Shown here one piece after another: positions 1 to 26,000 of a stretch of 64,000 nucleotides of DNA. The notes under the pieces are model-generated. The model saw only the letters and a program-made list of their open reading frames with translations, ran no database searches and was not told the DNA's origin. The position numbers and the translations under genes were made by a program. The DNA comes from Phoronis australis. Taxonomy: Eukaryota; Animalia; Phoronida. The first letter of the stretch is position 1, and every line of letters starts with the position of its first letter. The stretch is taken from contig NMRA01000042.1 in the NCBI GenBank assembly GCA_002633005.1, positions 1,185,019 to 1,249,018 of the forward strand, written 5' to 3'.

Positions 1-1
1 T

Positions 2-1697
<1,696 letters not shown>

Positions 1698-4075
1698 GAA
1701 CACGTTTTCGTTGAAATTTCCTGTGGAGCTGCCAGAGTAATTTTTGTTGTGCAATTGCTTGGACTTTAGTCACTGCCCAACTCTTGGCAGTGAAGACACG
1801 TCAAAAGCTGTTAATCTTTAATTTTCTGTTGGTGCTTAAAAGTTTGATATTTATGAAGAGATGTCAGTATGCAGTTGTCAGATGGTGTATCAAAATGATA
1901 CTAATTTGTATTTGAATGAAGCAGCTATCATAACATTTCTTTAGTAGTACTTTCTTGAATCAGAATGCATCTAAATCAAAATGTGGCTGGCTTGTAACAC
2001 TTAAAAATCTTAGTCATCCAGATTCTTTGAAGTACTACTTTTAGTAGATAACGTGAAAGTTATCGAAATTATTGATCTGAAGGTTTACTTATGGTTACTA
2101 TGGTTTTCAAAAGAATGTATTTTGTAGTCTCAGAACCAGTATCTCTTTGCATGGACCAGTGATGGACAGACTATCCATTGTATCCATTTTATCATCGATG
2201 TCATCTGTTTCCAAGTTGTTCAAGGTTTCAGTTTTTAGCTTGTCAACTGTTCATGTAGTCATTTCATCCCCCCATCACACAGTAGCCAGAGTCTGGACCA
2301 TTTATGATCCTATCAAAGTAGGGTTTGGTTTGTATAACATTCCGGGTCTTCGTAAAAATCTAATACATTTTAGTTTCGTCACTTTTATCCCTCTAACTTT
2401 GAAGTGCCTTGGTGTCGAATTTACACCTTGTTAGTGAGATTAATTATGATTTTATTTCTCCCTTACAGTTCTGTTAAGAATCATCGCACATTGTTAAGTT
2501 GTGTATTATTTTCTTTTGCCGCTAAGGAGAGGCTTTTACACTGCTTAGGCTAAGGGGAGGCTTTTACAAAGCAGTATCAATTGTTTACATGGGGCGGCTG
2601 TCACTGCCATCTAGTGGTGGAGGAATGTACCTCCGTTTCACAGTGGGTAGTAGGACCTGTGGACAGTTGTATTCATAACTGGCAAGAAAGCAAGGAGAGC
2701 CATTTTATGCATAGTGTTCTTACCCCACCAAGAACATTTTCAAAAATATTGCTTTCTCCCTAAGATTGTAACAAAATTTGAAGGAGTACGCCAGCCACCA
2801 AGTCCCTCCCATCAGCGTGTCTTTTTGTACACTTTTGAAAGTCTGAATATTAGATATTCTCAGAGTTCATCCGTCCTATGTGATCATCACTATATTGCTT
2901 CGTGAAAGTCTCCAACCCGCTACAATCTTCTTAAATGTTCTATTTGTTAAGATTTCTATAATTTTCTTGAGTGGGTATGATTATGAAATGTTCATTTAAA
3001 GTTGTAAAATGTGTATGTATGACTCTTTGACGACATGTCTGTAAGATTGTCCAATTTTAAATGCCTGTATGTTTCAAATAATAGACCATTTGTGGTTCCT
3101 TAACTGAGCAGGGAAGTGAAGCAAATTGCCATCTCGTTGTATAACATGGCGGTCTTAATAGCCTTGTGCGTGGAAAAGCAGCATGAGGCCTTTCAGATTT
3201 ATGGGAATTCCTGTTGTGCAGTTAAAAATAAATCATAAATCACTTTGCTTCATATCTCGTGAATGGCTATTATGTGTTGCATTTAGGTCAGCAGTTAAGC
3301 TTTTGCGACAGCTAAGTCTATGAAGTTATTTCCGGACAATCATCAACACATAAGACATGTTTACTCTGTGTGAACAGAGGTGAAAGTGTAAACTCGGTCT
3401 TTGGATTTTGATTTTATGTTTCTTGTTTTTAATTTTTCCTACTTTTTGTACTTTTCCATTCTGTAAAGGATTTGCAATGTAGCCAACGTAGTCATTCGTG
3501 TATTATGTTGAACCGTTTCTAATTTTCTATGCAGTGGTGTCAGTCTTCTGTCTCACCTCGAGTTCTTGTGGTGATTGATTGATGGTTGTATGCAACTTTG
3601 TACCGGTGATGAGTGAGAATTGTTTCTCACAAATTGGACCTTTTTTTACGCTGCAGAGCCGTTTGTCTGCGCTTGTATTGTTGAAGCCAATGAAATCTAA
3701 TCACTTTTCAACATTTTCGTGGTGGTTAGATTTTAGCAAGTTTTACATCTTGGGTCATTTAGTGTCGTGTGTTAATGAGGAGTGACCCTGTAATTGTGGT
3801 TTTGGTCGTCTTCAAAGAATGTTGGCTGGCGTTGATACATTGTGCACTATTAATGTCGATTGTGTATCTTCATGTCCTGTGTGGACCAGATTTTGATGCA
3901 ATCCTTCAAGAGTGACAAGTTAACTTAAAGAAGACTTATTTTTTGTTGATTTTGAGCCGAAGTGTTTATGGGTTATGGTTAAGAAATTGATAAGAATGCC
4001 TCTCACAATTGCCAAAAGATTTTTGTACTGTGTTATAGTGATTCAATTTCGATCATGTCTTCAGCGAAAGAAAAA

Positions 4076-4081
4076 AATAAA
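4076..4081 (+). promoter_or_regulatory. Probable polyadenylation signal of MKNK (about 2.4 kb 3' UTR)
   Basis: AATAAA followed by a GT/T-rich tract (cagtattgttgtctctc) at the end of a long U-rich region; inferred, no transcript evidence. Confidence 0.55.
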
Positions 4082-4206
4082 ATTGAAATATTTTAAACAG
4101 TATTGTTGTCTCTCAGTAGTGTATCTGAATTGTTTTTGCTCATAAACAACTTTGTCGGACAACTATATTGAGATAAAAATTAAAGATTGAACTGTTTATA
4201 ACGTCT

Positions 4207-4212
4207 TTTATT
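4207..4212 (-). promoter_or_regulatory. Probable polyadenylation signal of PGM1
   Basis: TTTATT on + (AATAAA on -), facing the MKNK signal about 130 bp away; inferred. Confidence 0.45.
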
Positions 4213-4362
4213 AAATGTCATAAACTACACATTCAATCTGATGAAGCTTGTAAATCAACAGTTTCAAAGAACATTAGCACACTTTTGACTGGGCAGGGTT
4301 CTGTACTAGTTCGTTCAATGGCACCAAGCATCAGATATTTATTTCCAGCTGCAGTTCCCTTA

Positions 4363-4930
4363 GGGCTGTTCCAGTAAAATCTGTATGGGAGGGGGGGAAG
4401 GCACCTTTTTTCGCACTCACCACCCATATTTTTCATTTATTTCTTCAGCCTACCACCCGTAATTTTTTATAAGTTTGAAATGCAACCACCCGTAATTTTT
4501 TTTTTGTTCTTGTGGTTGACTGCGCAGGCGCTTGAGTTTATCTTTTCCTCCATCACCACTAACGTCATTCATTACTAAGAAAACATGTTTCTTATATATG
4601 GTTATTAGCCATCGAGAAATTCGGGCACCTGAGTATGGTTAACTGGTGTTATGGGCATGCCGATGAGGAGATCGGAGGGAGTGAAAAAGTCGGAGCTTTT
4701 TGCAAGTTGCATTTTTGTTTCAGTTTTTGATTTTGTGCAGATAGTTTATAAAATTTACTAAAATTACCCACCATCAAATATTTATGGTCCAATGAAACAA
4801 CAACGACCTGTAAATTTTTATTTTTTTGAAGTACGACCACCAGCCATTTTGAATTTAAACCAAACGCAACCACCCATAAATTTTTATTTCAGTTGCCTCC
4901 CCCCCCACACAGATTTTGCTGGAACATCCC
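4363..4930 (+). mobile_element. PIF/Harbinger (Tourist-like) MITE, copy 1
   Basis: TIRs of about 40 bp beginning GGGCTGTTCCAG and ending CTGGAACATCCC; TTA target duplication at 4360-4362 and 4931-4933 (empty site CTTAG). A near-identical inverted copy is at 53698-54267. Confidence 0.9.
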
Positions 4931-5355
4931 TTAGTCAACAACCAAGGTTGCCTTATACAATGCTTTTACAGCATTTCAGCCTCGCCAAGTATCACTTCAG
5001 CCATTTTCCTAGCATAACTTGCAAACCTTTCACTTGCATGGAAATCGTGACTGCAATAATTTTGCCAATGTGCACTAATATTAGCCCTTCACCAGTGTGA
5101 CCAGACTATAAACTAAGAATTGCCCACGTATATTAGCACTGTTATGATTACCAAGTATGCCAAAATTGATTTTAGTACACATTACATGTCATATAATTAA
5201 TTTTGGTTACTATGACAAAAGCTCAATCAACAACCATCAAAATGCACCCGTCATCCAACCAACGCAACAATACATGGCACAAAAACATGCATTTCTAAAA
5301 CTTTTGTTCTCACTGGCAAGTAGAAACCAGCTATAACTATGCTAGCAGTCAAAGT

Positions 5356-16782
<11,427 letters not shown>

Positions 16783-17069
16783 TCTCTTGTGTGGGGAAAC
16801 ACAAGCCAGCAGACACTCAAACAGTAAAGAAAACTAGCGTTACGTTAAGCACCGATCGACTACAAAACTCCACTTTCGAAAGTCAAAGCAGACAGATCAA
16901 GGTCACATTGATTATTTCCGGTTTAGTTTTGTCGGTCACATGATTTTGAGGCCGAGGTGTAAACTCGATTATTTCAGTCTTCGAAACCTTTACTAATTTA
17001 GCTCAGATTTTTGACGTCATATCACATGCGAAGACAATTTTCTATGCGATTTGTTGACAGTGACTTGAA
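16783..17069. promoter_or_regulatory. Bidirectional promoter shared by PGM1 and SLC38A9
   Basis: Divergent ATGs at 16782(-) and 17070(+) are 287 bp apart. The interval is CpG-containing, with an Ets-like ATTTCCGG (~16914), an M-box/CLEAR-like GGTCACATGA (16934-16943) and a CRE TGACGTCA (17012-17019). Confidence 0.7.
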
Positions 17070-20000
17070 ATGAGTCGCCAAAACAGTTCGTCAACGTCGC
17101 GACTTATGCGGTGAGTTTTGTTTTTTAGTTATGTACCCCAAAATGCTTCGTTCTCGTTTGGCGTCGGAATGGTGCCCGAATGCGCATTGGTCGGATATAG
17201 CGGTCCCTGATTTAGAGAACCGGGCAACTACTGAATAATGGACCTGTTTTTTCAGTGGCGGATCTAGGATACCATAAGGGGGGGCCAACGTGTTGCTTCG
17301 GGGAATTGGGCCAAACGTGATTGCATGTGCACAGGTAGGCAATGACCATCGCCTCTGTTGGCCCGAACTCTGGTTCGGGCCAACAGAGGCGATGTTCATT
17401 GCCTAGGGTATGAACGCCAGCCTCATCCGCACTACCGGTTCTGGCTAGTTACTGAATTCAATATTTTTTCATGCTTCACGCTGTTGCTGTTTCATTTTGT
17501 TTGCGGCAGCCAAGGGGGGGGGNGAGGGGCGGACCCCTTTGGGCCCCCCTAAATCTGCCTATGTATTTAATGGATGAAACTGGTTCTCTAAATCAGGGAC
17601 GGCTATATCCGACCAGTGCTTAACCCTAAATTGTAACAAAACTGAAAAAATTTGAAGATAGGTTTTAATTCTTCACTTACCTTTAGCACAGTATGCCATA
17701 ATGGCCAGCAAGTGATATTCTGTTTTCGTTAAATTTCTCTTCAAAAGTAAAGATTAATAACATTTTACTTTAGTCTATTAATCAGTGTGCAAGGTCATTA
17801 AGCAACATTAATTAAATTTCCCATTATTTACAAGAAGGTAATCTGCCATTGAAAATAACACCATTTTGGCAATTGATTGGTGTGAAATAAGTGGAGAATT
17901 AATGTACTATGCAGGATTAGACACATGTGTATACAATGTGTATCACTTGTAAAAAGAGAAATGCAAATTTCTCCTGTAGCTTGACTTATTCATTACAAAC
18001 TGGTAGGTGTTGGTATCCATTCAGTGAAAATGAAAAAGGATGAACAAAAATACATTAAACACAAAATTAGAGACATGGACATTTACAAGGGGATAGCTGT
18101 CTCTGCCTTTCTGTGAAATATAGGTCCCTGTGCCTATGTTTTAGAACAATTGAGCTAAACTTCTTACGAAAACTGCATGATTTTGGATATTGCCTAAATT
18201 TGCTCATGTACGGAAAGTAGTATTAATTGTTTTTTCAATGTCTGACTTAAAGGAATATCTACCATGTTTATTATACAAACCGTTTTGCATGTAAGTTTAT
18301 TTCAAATTTGTTTTCAGCACACCTCTGACTTATGCGTCCATCAACCAGACAGATTCTGTCACACAATATGACAACAGCACTACAACCTCAGTCAGTCGTT
18401 ATAAATACTACACCCGACTGGCGCCCAAGGAATTGGTGAGCAAGATATAACTTCGTCTATGACCCAGATCCAACCACTATATGTGTCGTCTCCATGCGGA
18501 AATTGTTGGAAATAATCCCAGTATTTATTCAAGCAATTTTTTACAAGGAAATTTTTGTATTAGGACACAAATTTACTTGGATTCTCACTTCCATCATTTT
18601 TGCTAGGATTCATTTTGGAGAAATGAATTAATGTGTTGCTAGCTTTTTTTACTCAAGACAATTAAAATTTCATGGTACCGTGTTTGTCATCTAAAGCCAG
18701 ACTGCCATAGGTATTACTCATGTGTACTGTTGCTCTGTCTTTTGTGTCTACTAGTATTTACTACTTCGTACTTGTCAACCACGGATGGTTTTTATTATAT
18801 GCTTTATTTTTTTTGTAGTGCCATGGCTTAGCACTAAAATGCTACTTTTTTCTGTAACTGATTCACTTTTCTGCCATTGAAAACCTAAGTACACTATGTC
18901 CAACAACACAGTCACGTGGCATTTTATGAAGGAAATACATTATGTGAAGGAAAGTTTGTCAAAATTGGTGGCGAGGGGTGGTGCATTGCTAATGCACAAC
19001 TGTAGTTGTGTCTACCAGTATCTCAGTCTTGGGCTTTGTTATGTTTTGAGAGCTCTGTTGTGGTCTGAGTAAAAAAGGGTTTACACAGGTATATTATCCC
19101 TCCTTGGCCGTTATATGTTCACAGATGGTGGCCATGTCTGAGAAGCGCACTTTCAAAATCTGTCAACAGGGGCGATTTAACCTGTTGGGATATTTTGATT
19201 GCCTGGGATTATGAAATTTTTAAAAAAGATTCTTGATAAGCTTTTGAGATTTTGAAATACCTGGAAAAGGCAGAGTTTGGTTGCATCTACAGTATTGGCA
19301 AGCTCAAACTTTTTTACTTGTTTGAAATTGTTGTTTTTGACCCTCACTTATAGCTGTGCTGGGATTCTGCCAAAAGGCATACTAGTTACTTGGCTCTGGT
19401 CTAGCTGTTTTTTGTTGAACATCATACCTTACTTTTTCATAAAGAAAAATATACCAGAGATGAGCAGAAATGATGATTTTTTAGTCATCACTTGGCAAAT
19501 CTTGACTTCAAACCTTGTGTACATGTCTTTTGTCCCGCTTTTCAAAATAAAATATGAAACCTGCGGATATTTCTTTTTCTTTAGTCGGTGAGCGCAGGTC
19601 TAAGATGAATCACAGACGAGTAAAGACCAGAATCAAGTTTGCTTTTTTTGCTTCAAGTTATTTGTGTAAGGATGACATTGTGTTTATCATTTTTGTCTTA
19701 ATTAATTTTTTTATCTATTTGTTAACATTTTTTATAAGACAAACTAACAATCAAGGTATGAATACGTAGTTAAATTTTGTGATGTAGAGAAGAAGTGATA
19801 AAAATTGTGGTATTGGTTTTGTTACAGCTAATTGTGTTTTCGCCGCAGAGATAACAACTCTTGGGCTGTCTCCGGTGAGTCCATTCTTTGTTGAATGATG
19901 TTTAGGTCAATTGATTTTGTTACAGTTAATGCCAGACCATGTCGTGCCGAAGATATTCTTTCTCACATTACCTCTTCAACCGAAGGGAAAACAGAGCAGC

Positions 20001-23000
20001 ATAATCACCATGTAAGTAGATCAGAGAGGTGTTTCAAATCTTCTCTGTCATACTAGCATCCTGGATTGGACCAATTAATATTTATTTAAAAATTTTGGAA
20101 TAAATTGGTCCAAGTTAGTACCCCTAGTGATCAATATGAATTGTCTATTCAATCTGAATGAAAGGAAATTTATCTTTTGATGTAACGCTAGCTAGCCATC
20201 CCAAGATTACAATACAATTTCTATTTACCTGAATCCGAAGTTGTTCTGGATTCCAGCCCTTATGTAATACCTGAGAGGACAATGTACTCACCTGAGATTC
20301 TGACATGTTCTTGCCAACCTTTCATATGGGAGAACCTCACCCACATGTATTATTATTTATAATGTAAGTTATTTTTGGATTGAGAATTGGGCTGCTGTAC
20401 AGAAACCTGACATAACGGGTGAGTTCTCTTTGTGTGCAACACTTTGCATTCAGACAAATAACAATCATAACAGGAGTAGAACAATTGAAAAAAATTGCTT
20501 CATGTTAAACTACTGGCAGTGAGTATGAGTGTAAAAATTCACATGTAGTCATTCCATAAACTGCTGACTGCCTGAAATGATTTATTGTTAGACTTTGTGT
20601 TCACCAGGTAGGTTCTAATGAATAAAGGATTCTCATTGTCACACCTGAACAGACTGAGAGCAGACAGCAGTTTCTCTTCGTGGAAACGGTGACGTGTGAC
20701 TTCATGAATGCTTGCATTTTTATAAGTATATTAACCAATGTTGCGCTAGCATCATCAAGTTAAAAAGTCTCCACATTTTGTGCCTTCAAAGATGTATACC
20801 GTGTCATAATATCTGTTATTACTATTTGAAGATATCAAATTGAGGTGCGTTCAAGAATTAACCAGGGTGTTTATCCAAGTGTTCAATGTGAGTGTTTCTT
20901 ACAGCACTGTTACTTATCACAATGTCTTTGAGTGCTGTTTTCCTTTCTCAGATTCTCACTGTGGAACACCATGATGGGTACTTCACTTCTCAGTATGCCA
21001 TGGGCCATTGAGCAAGCTGGCTTCGCGTGTGGTGCAGCAATCACAGTCATTATGGCTGGTCTCACATTCTACACTGCCTGGCTTATATTGCAATCCACTC
21101 AGGGGATAGGTACATGTATTTCAGGTTATGGTAAAATCTCATCATTTTAGGACAAAAATAATTGTCATATTTGCATTTTTTTCCCTTTTTCAAAATGCTT
21201 CTAATTGTTGCGAATGCCCATTAATATATTGTCTAGTGGTAGCTTTTATACAGAATTTGAACATGGAAAAGCATTGATTTGGAGCTACATAGTAATTACC
21301 TTTTTATGAAAAAAAGAGAAAATGAAATCTCAATTATCTACCATGTTGTATTCTAAATTGGTGAGATTTTACCTTTAAACAAATTACCTCTCTTATAGTA
21401 ATTATTGTAAATAAGCAGGTCAGTATTTATGTCGAAGTCCTCATGACTGGCCTCACATTCTACACTGCCTGGCTTACATTGCACGATGGAACGATTCAAT
21501 ATTCTGATTGCAGTCCCAATGGCTGACCTACTGCCTGACTTGTAGAGCACTCTGATCAGGGAAAAGACTGAAATTATATCCCACATTGCTTGTTATTTGT
21601 TGAGTTTCTGCGGTGCTTTTATAGACACGATGCAATACATAGTCGAAAGGTTCAAAAGTGGGGCTAATTGCTACTAGTTTGCTTAGCTGAGAGGAAATGT
21701 GTTTGTGCCTTCTGAGTGGCTAATTTTTTTCAGGTGAAGGCAAAACTATCCCTACCCCTCTTGTCACCTCGTATAGAGAACACTGATGTTTTTTGTGCTT
21801 GTTTCAAATTGTCGTCTTATACATTGCTTAGACTAGACCAAGGGAACGCGTTTTTCTTGAATGATAAGTTTATTTAGTAGTAAATGTGTCAGGTAGTAGG
21901 CTCTGGACACCAGGGAATGATTTCTTTTGCTTAATACTATGTGTTCATCCCTGCATTTACGATAAACTAATCCAGATTCTTCTCACCGCATCGAGGCTTT
22001 TCAAAGTTAACAAGTTTTTAACTTTTTGAAGTGGAGGATCTGTTTGTCGAGTTTAATAAAGTGAGTCTCACCTTGGGGAGGGGGGGGTACTTTTTAATCT
22101 GTTTATGGGAATTTTTGGGCCTGATGAGGGGTATTTCGCGTGATTTTTAAACACTTTTCATAGGTGAATGGAGTTGATATTCAGCCCTAAAATCAAGACA
22201 TTGATGGCCATATAGTTTGATCTAGAACTCGGATTAGATCACCATATTCATCAAAAACATTATTTTCCAACGAGTACTCATAATTAATTGTTACATTTGT
22301 TTGCTATTGTCCCAGTATTTTGATACCAATCAGTAATCTTGTCTTGTCCATTAGGGCGTTCTTCTGTTGACCTCAACTTGTTCAATCAGGTAGCAAACAC
22401 ACCAAAATGATGAAACTGTTGTTGTAGTATGCTTGCAGGGGACTTCCATCATATTAGCTTTGCTCTTCTGGGACTTCACAACTGTAACTAGGTGGGTGTA
22501 AACTTACTGCGTATTTCAGAACTATCCATTGACTCCCATGATTGTTTTTTTATTTTTAGAAGCTTCAGGTGATGTGTTAGAGTTCTCTGACGCCTGCCGT
22601 TATTACCTGGGTCGCCTTGGAGAGTATTGCTCTGTGTTCTGTTCTCTCTTTTCCCTTCTGGGGGCAGCCATTATTTACTGGGTGCTGATGTCGAATTTTC
22701 TCTATCACACAGTGACATTTATTTACCGTAAGTATACCAGTTTATCTGTTTTGCTAGGTATCATAATTTCATTATTAAAATCTCTCATTTATTATTTCAG
22801 ATGATCTGCAGTTTTCAAATCCAGATTTTTAATCTGGTTCATTGTAAGTCGTTATTGCAGTATTTTGTCCATCATCGCAAGTCACACGCAAGTTGTGTGC
22901 CATGCTTGAAAGAGTTAGTCACACGACTTAATGTTTTAGTTACTGTTAAGATTATGTAGGACCCTAGGAAAGTGGCCAAATTGGACTAACTTTGGAACAC

Positions 23001-26000
23001 CAAATCTGAGAAACCGCTGAACGTATTCTTATACCTGTATACCTGTCACGGACAGGATCATTGGGGATATGCTGGTGCGTTATTCCCCTCCCCAGACCAT
23101 CCCCGTGACAGCAGAAGGCGCAGAACTCCAGGGCTGATGCTGAACGTATTCTTATAAACCCTTCAGATACTCTAGTTTAGGCACTGTTCTCCAAAACACT
23201 TTCAGGGATTATTGTAAGTTTTTAAAATGTTCCTCTTTGATTTGCATCAGGGAATATCAACAAATAAGGTTTACGTGATTTTCATAACAAAATTAAAAGT
23301 TATATAAATTAAATGAAATGGAAATAGCAGATTGGTGAATTAAAAGTCAAAATCAAATTCTACAGGCCTTCTGCTTTCAGAAAGTATATTCTTGTACTGA
23401 GTTAAAATGTTCTAATACTAGATATTTGGCTAAATACAAACACTTGTCGATATAGTCCTACATAACCTTACATCATGACCTTTATAATGCAATAATAGCT
23501 CTACTCCATATAAAAAGACCTATCAGCGATCCTCATATCGAAGGTTGATGGTGCTCGCAATTCTTGTGCAAATCTGTTGATGAAGTGTAAGGTAACGAAA
23601 CTATCCAAGTTTCTGATGTACTGAGGACGGATGATACAATCTTAAGTTTGAAATTAACTGTCACTAATTCCATACAGTAAGCGATTTCACTGAGGCTATG
23701 ATCTTATTCTTGTCCTTCAATTTTTGCTACAGAGACGGTGGCAACATCATCTCAAAGCGGTCTCACTCCAGCGTCGGAAAATATCAGTTATGGTGAGTAT
23801 GGGTTTGCTGTAGGAAGTACTTTAAAATCTCGCCAATTTTGTACAGTGCCAAAATTGCACTTTTTCCATTTTTAAAAGGTTGTACCATTGTTATGAATTC
23901 CCAAAACATGTTTAAAATATATTCTTTCGATAGTTATGATACAGAACTAGGGTATGCTAAAGCATCGTTCTGGTACTGTATATTGTTTATGAAAAGTGAG
24001 AAAATAAAGTTTCACCTGTCCTAAATAGAGGAAATTTTACCACTTATCTGGCTTTATTTATTTTTGTAAATTCTTCTGAGGTCAAAATCACTCGGTATTT
24101 ATTTTCTCTTGTGCTGCTGATGTACTGAAATCTGATATAATTTGATATGCATCCCGCTCGTCCCTATGTAGTGCGGATGCATCGTTACACAATACTACTG
24201 CATAAGGATGTGAAGCACTTAAAGGCCTACAGCACAGTTGAACTTTTATACTACGTGGAGTACACAATATAGAAATTAAACATACAACAAAAGTTAATAA
24301 AGGATGTCCTTGCAAGAGTAACATTCATTCATTCTTAACACACAAACACTTGTGTCTGAAACTTTCCTCATTGTGATGATTGTCACCAGGTGGCATGAAC
24401 AGCATGTGTGCTTATTAAACACTTTAAAATACTGCTACATTTGTCTCTTCAGCCGTCTGTCCAACACCACCCAATTCAAGTGATGTGTCCAATACCACAG
24501 AAAGTGGCTCCACCTTTGAAACAGTCTGGAGTATGACTCACACTGTCCCATTCTTTCTGATGCTGCTCACTGTACCGTTGATCAACTTCAAGTCACCAAC
24601 ATTCTTCACAAAATTCAACGCATTGGGTAAGTTCTTCAGTAAAATTTTGAATGTCAATACCTATGACCTTTCCATTTTTTTTTTAAGAGATTGAACGTGA
24701 AATCATTTTCTTAAGCCTTTACCTTCATGGTTTGGCAGAGCAATAGTGAAATGTTAAAATTTGGTGGTCTTAAGAAAACCATATCTCGGCTGATTTATGA
24801 AAATATTGATTTTCCTCTCAAAACTGAAATGGAAACACAAATGAGATTTTGAAAAGTGTGGAAGGGAAGGATTTTGAAATTTTGTCTCGGAATGTTAATA
24901 TGAAAAGAAATTAGGCGTCTTGCAACATAATAACTCTAGCAGAAATTTTTGAGAAAAAGAAAAATAATCACAGAAATAGAATTATATTACAATTCATCAT
25001 TCTCTGTAAAACCTTTGCAGTGAAAAAGTTGCAACTTTGCGATGATTTTAATAAGCAAATGTTCCCTTTTCAGGCTTTACGCTCAAATGTAAACTCTCCT
25101 CATTTTCCAGGAACCATTTCCGTAGCCTACCTATTGACCTTTGTGTCTGTAAAGTCCGGTAACTGGACCATAAATGTGGACTTTGAAGATGTACTCAGCT
25201 CTCAATATATACCACGTATGTAACACAGATGTTCAGTGATTCAAAGTCATCTATGCTTAGTAGTGGTTGGAATGGATTAATTAGAAACCTTTCTGATTCA
25301 AGGCTAAATTCTGAATTGGCTTTGAGTGATGTCACTAAGTACTGGCAAGGCTGTTCACTCTGATATGTATGTTTAACTGGGGCCTAATCAGACAACATTC
25401 TGAGATTGAGACTGAATCAAACCGGCATGTTGTTTTCCTAACAAACAACAGATGACACTGCCTACGCGAAGATTTGCCTGCAGCTGAAGAGACTTTGCCC
25501 CGTTTATGCGAGTTTAAAAAATTCAGCATTACCAGATGAGGATCTGGGTGCAGCTGAGAAGACCTTGTCTCATTTACATTTTTTTTTGAAATTTTAGCGA
25601 AATCACGATATTTATGTCACTGTAGAATCGATTTTAATCCAATGTTGACCATAAGTCATCCAGCCTTTGCAACACTAATGCGGAATGGGCAAAACCCGGG
25701 TTTTTAAGCAGCAGTGCTCTGTGTAGACTTCACTTCTGGTCCATTCTTTCTATTTTAGTACTCAAAGTAAATTTCAATGAGTTGACCATTTGCAGCGAAA
25801 TAAGTGCCATCTTGATAAAAATCCTAGTGGACTTAGTTACAGAAAAAATTTACTAATTCTAGACTATCAAGCCAAGGTGCGTTATCACACCTCACTTAAC
25901 TTCTGAAGAAAGTAAAGTTTCAACTAGTCTGGTACAAAGTGCACTTTGACGAGACAGCTTGGGTGATGAATAAAGAGTCGTAAACGTCAGTTAGACTGCA

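Noticed and set aside
4649-4873. Near-identical 74-aa ORFs at 4649..4873 and 53759..53983 as a duplicated small gene
   Set aside because: Both are chance ORFs inside the two copies of the same MITE; non-ATG start and no domain motif.
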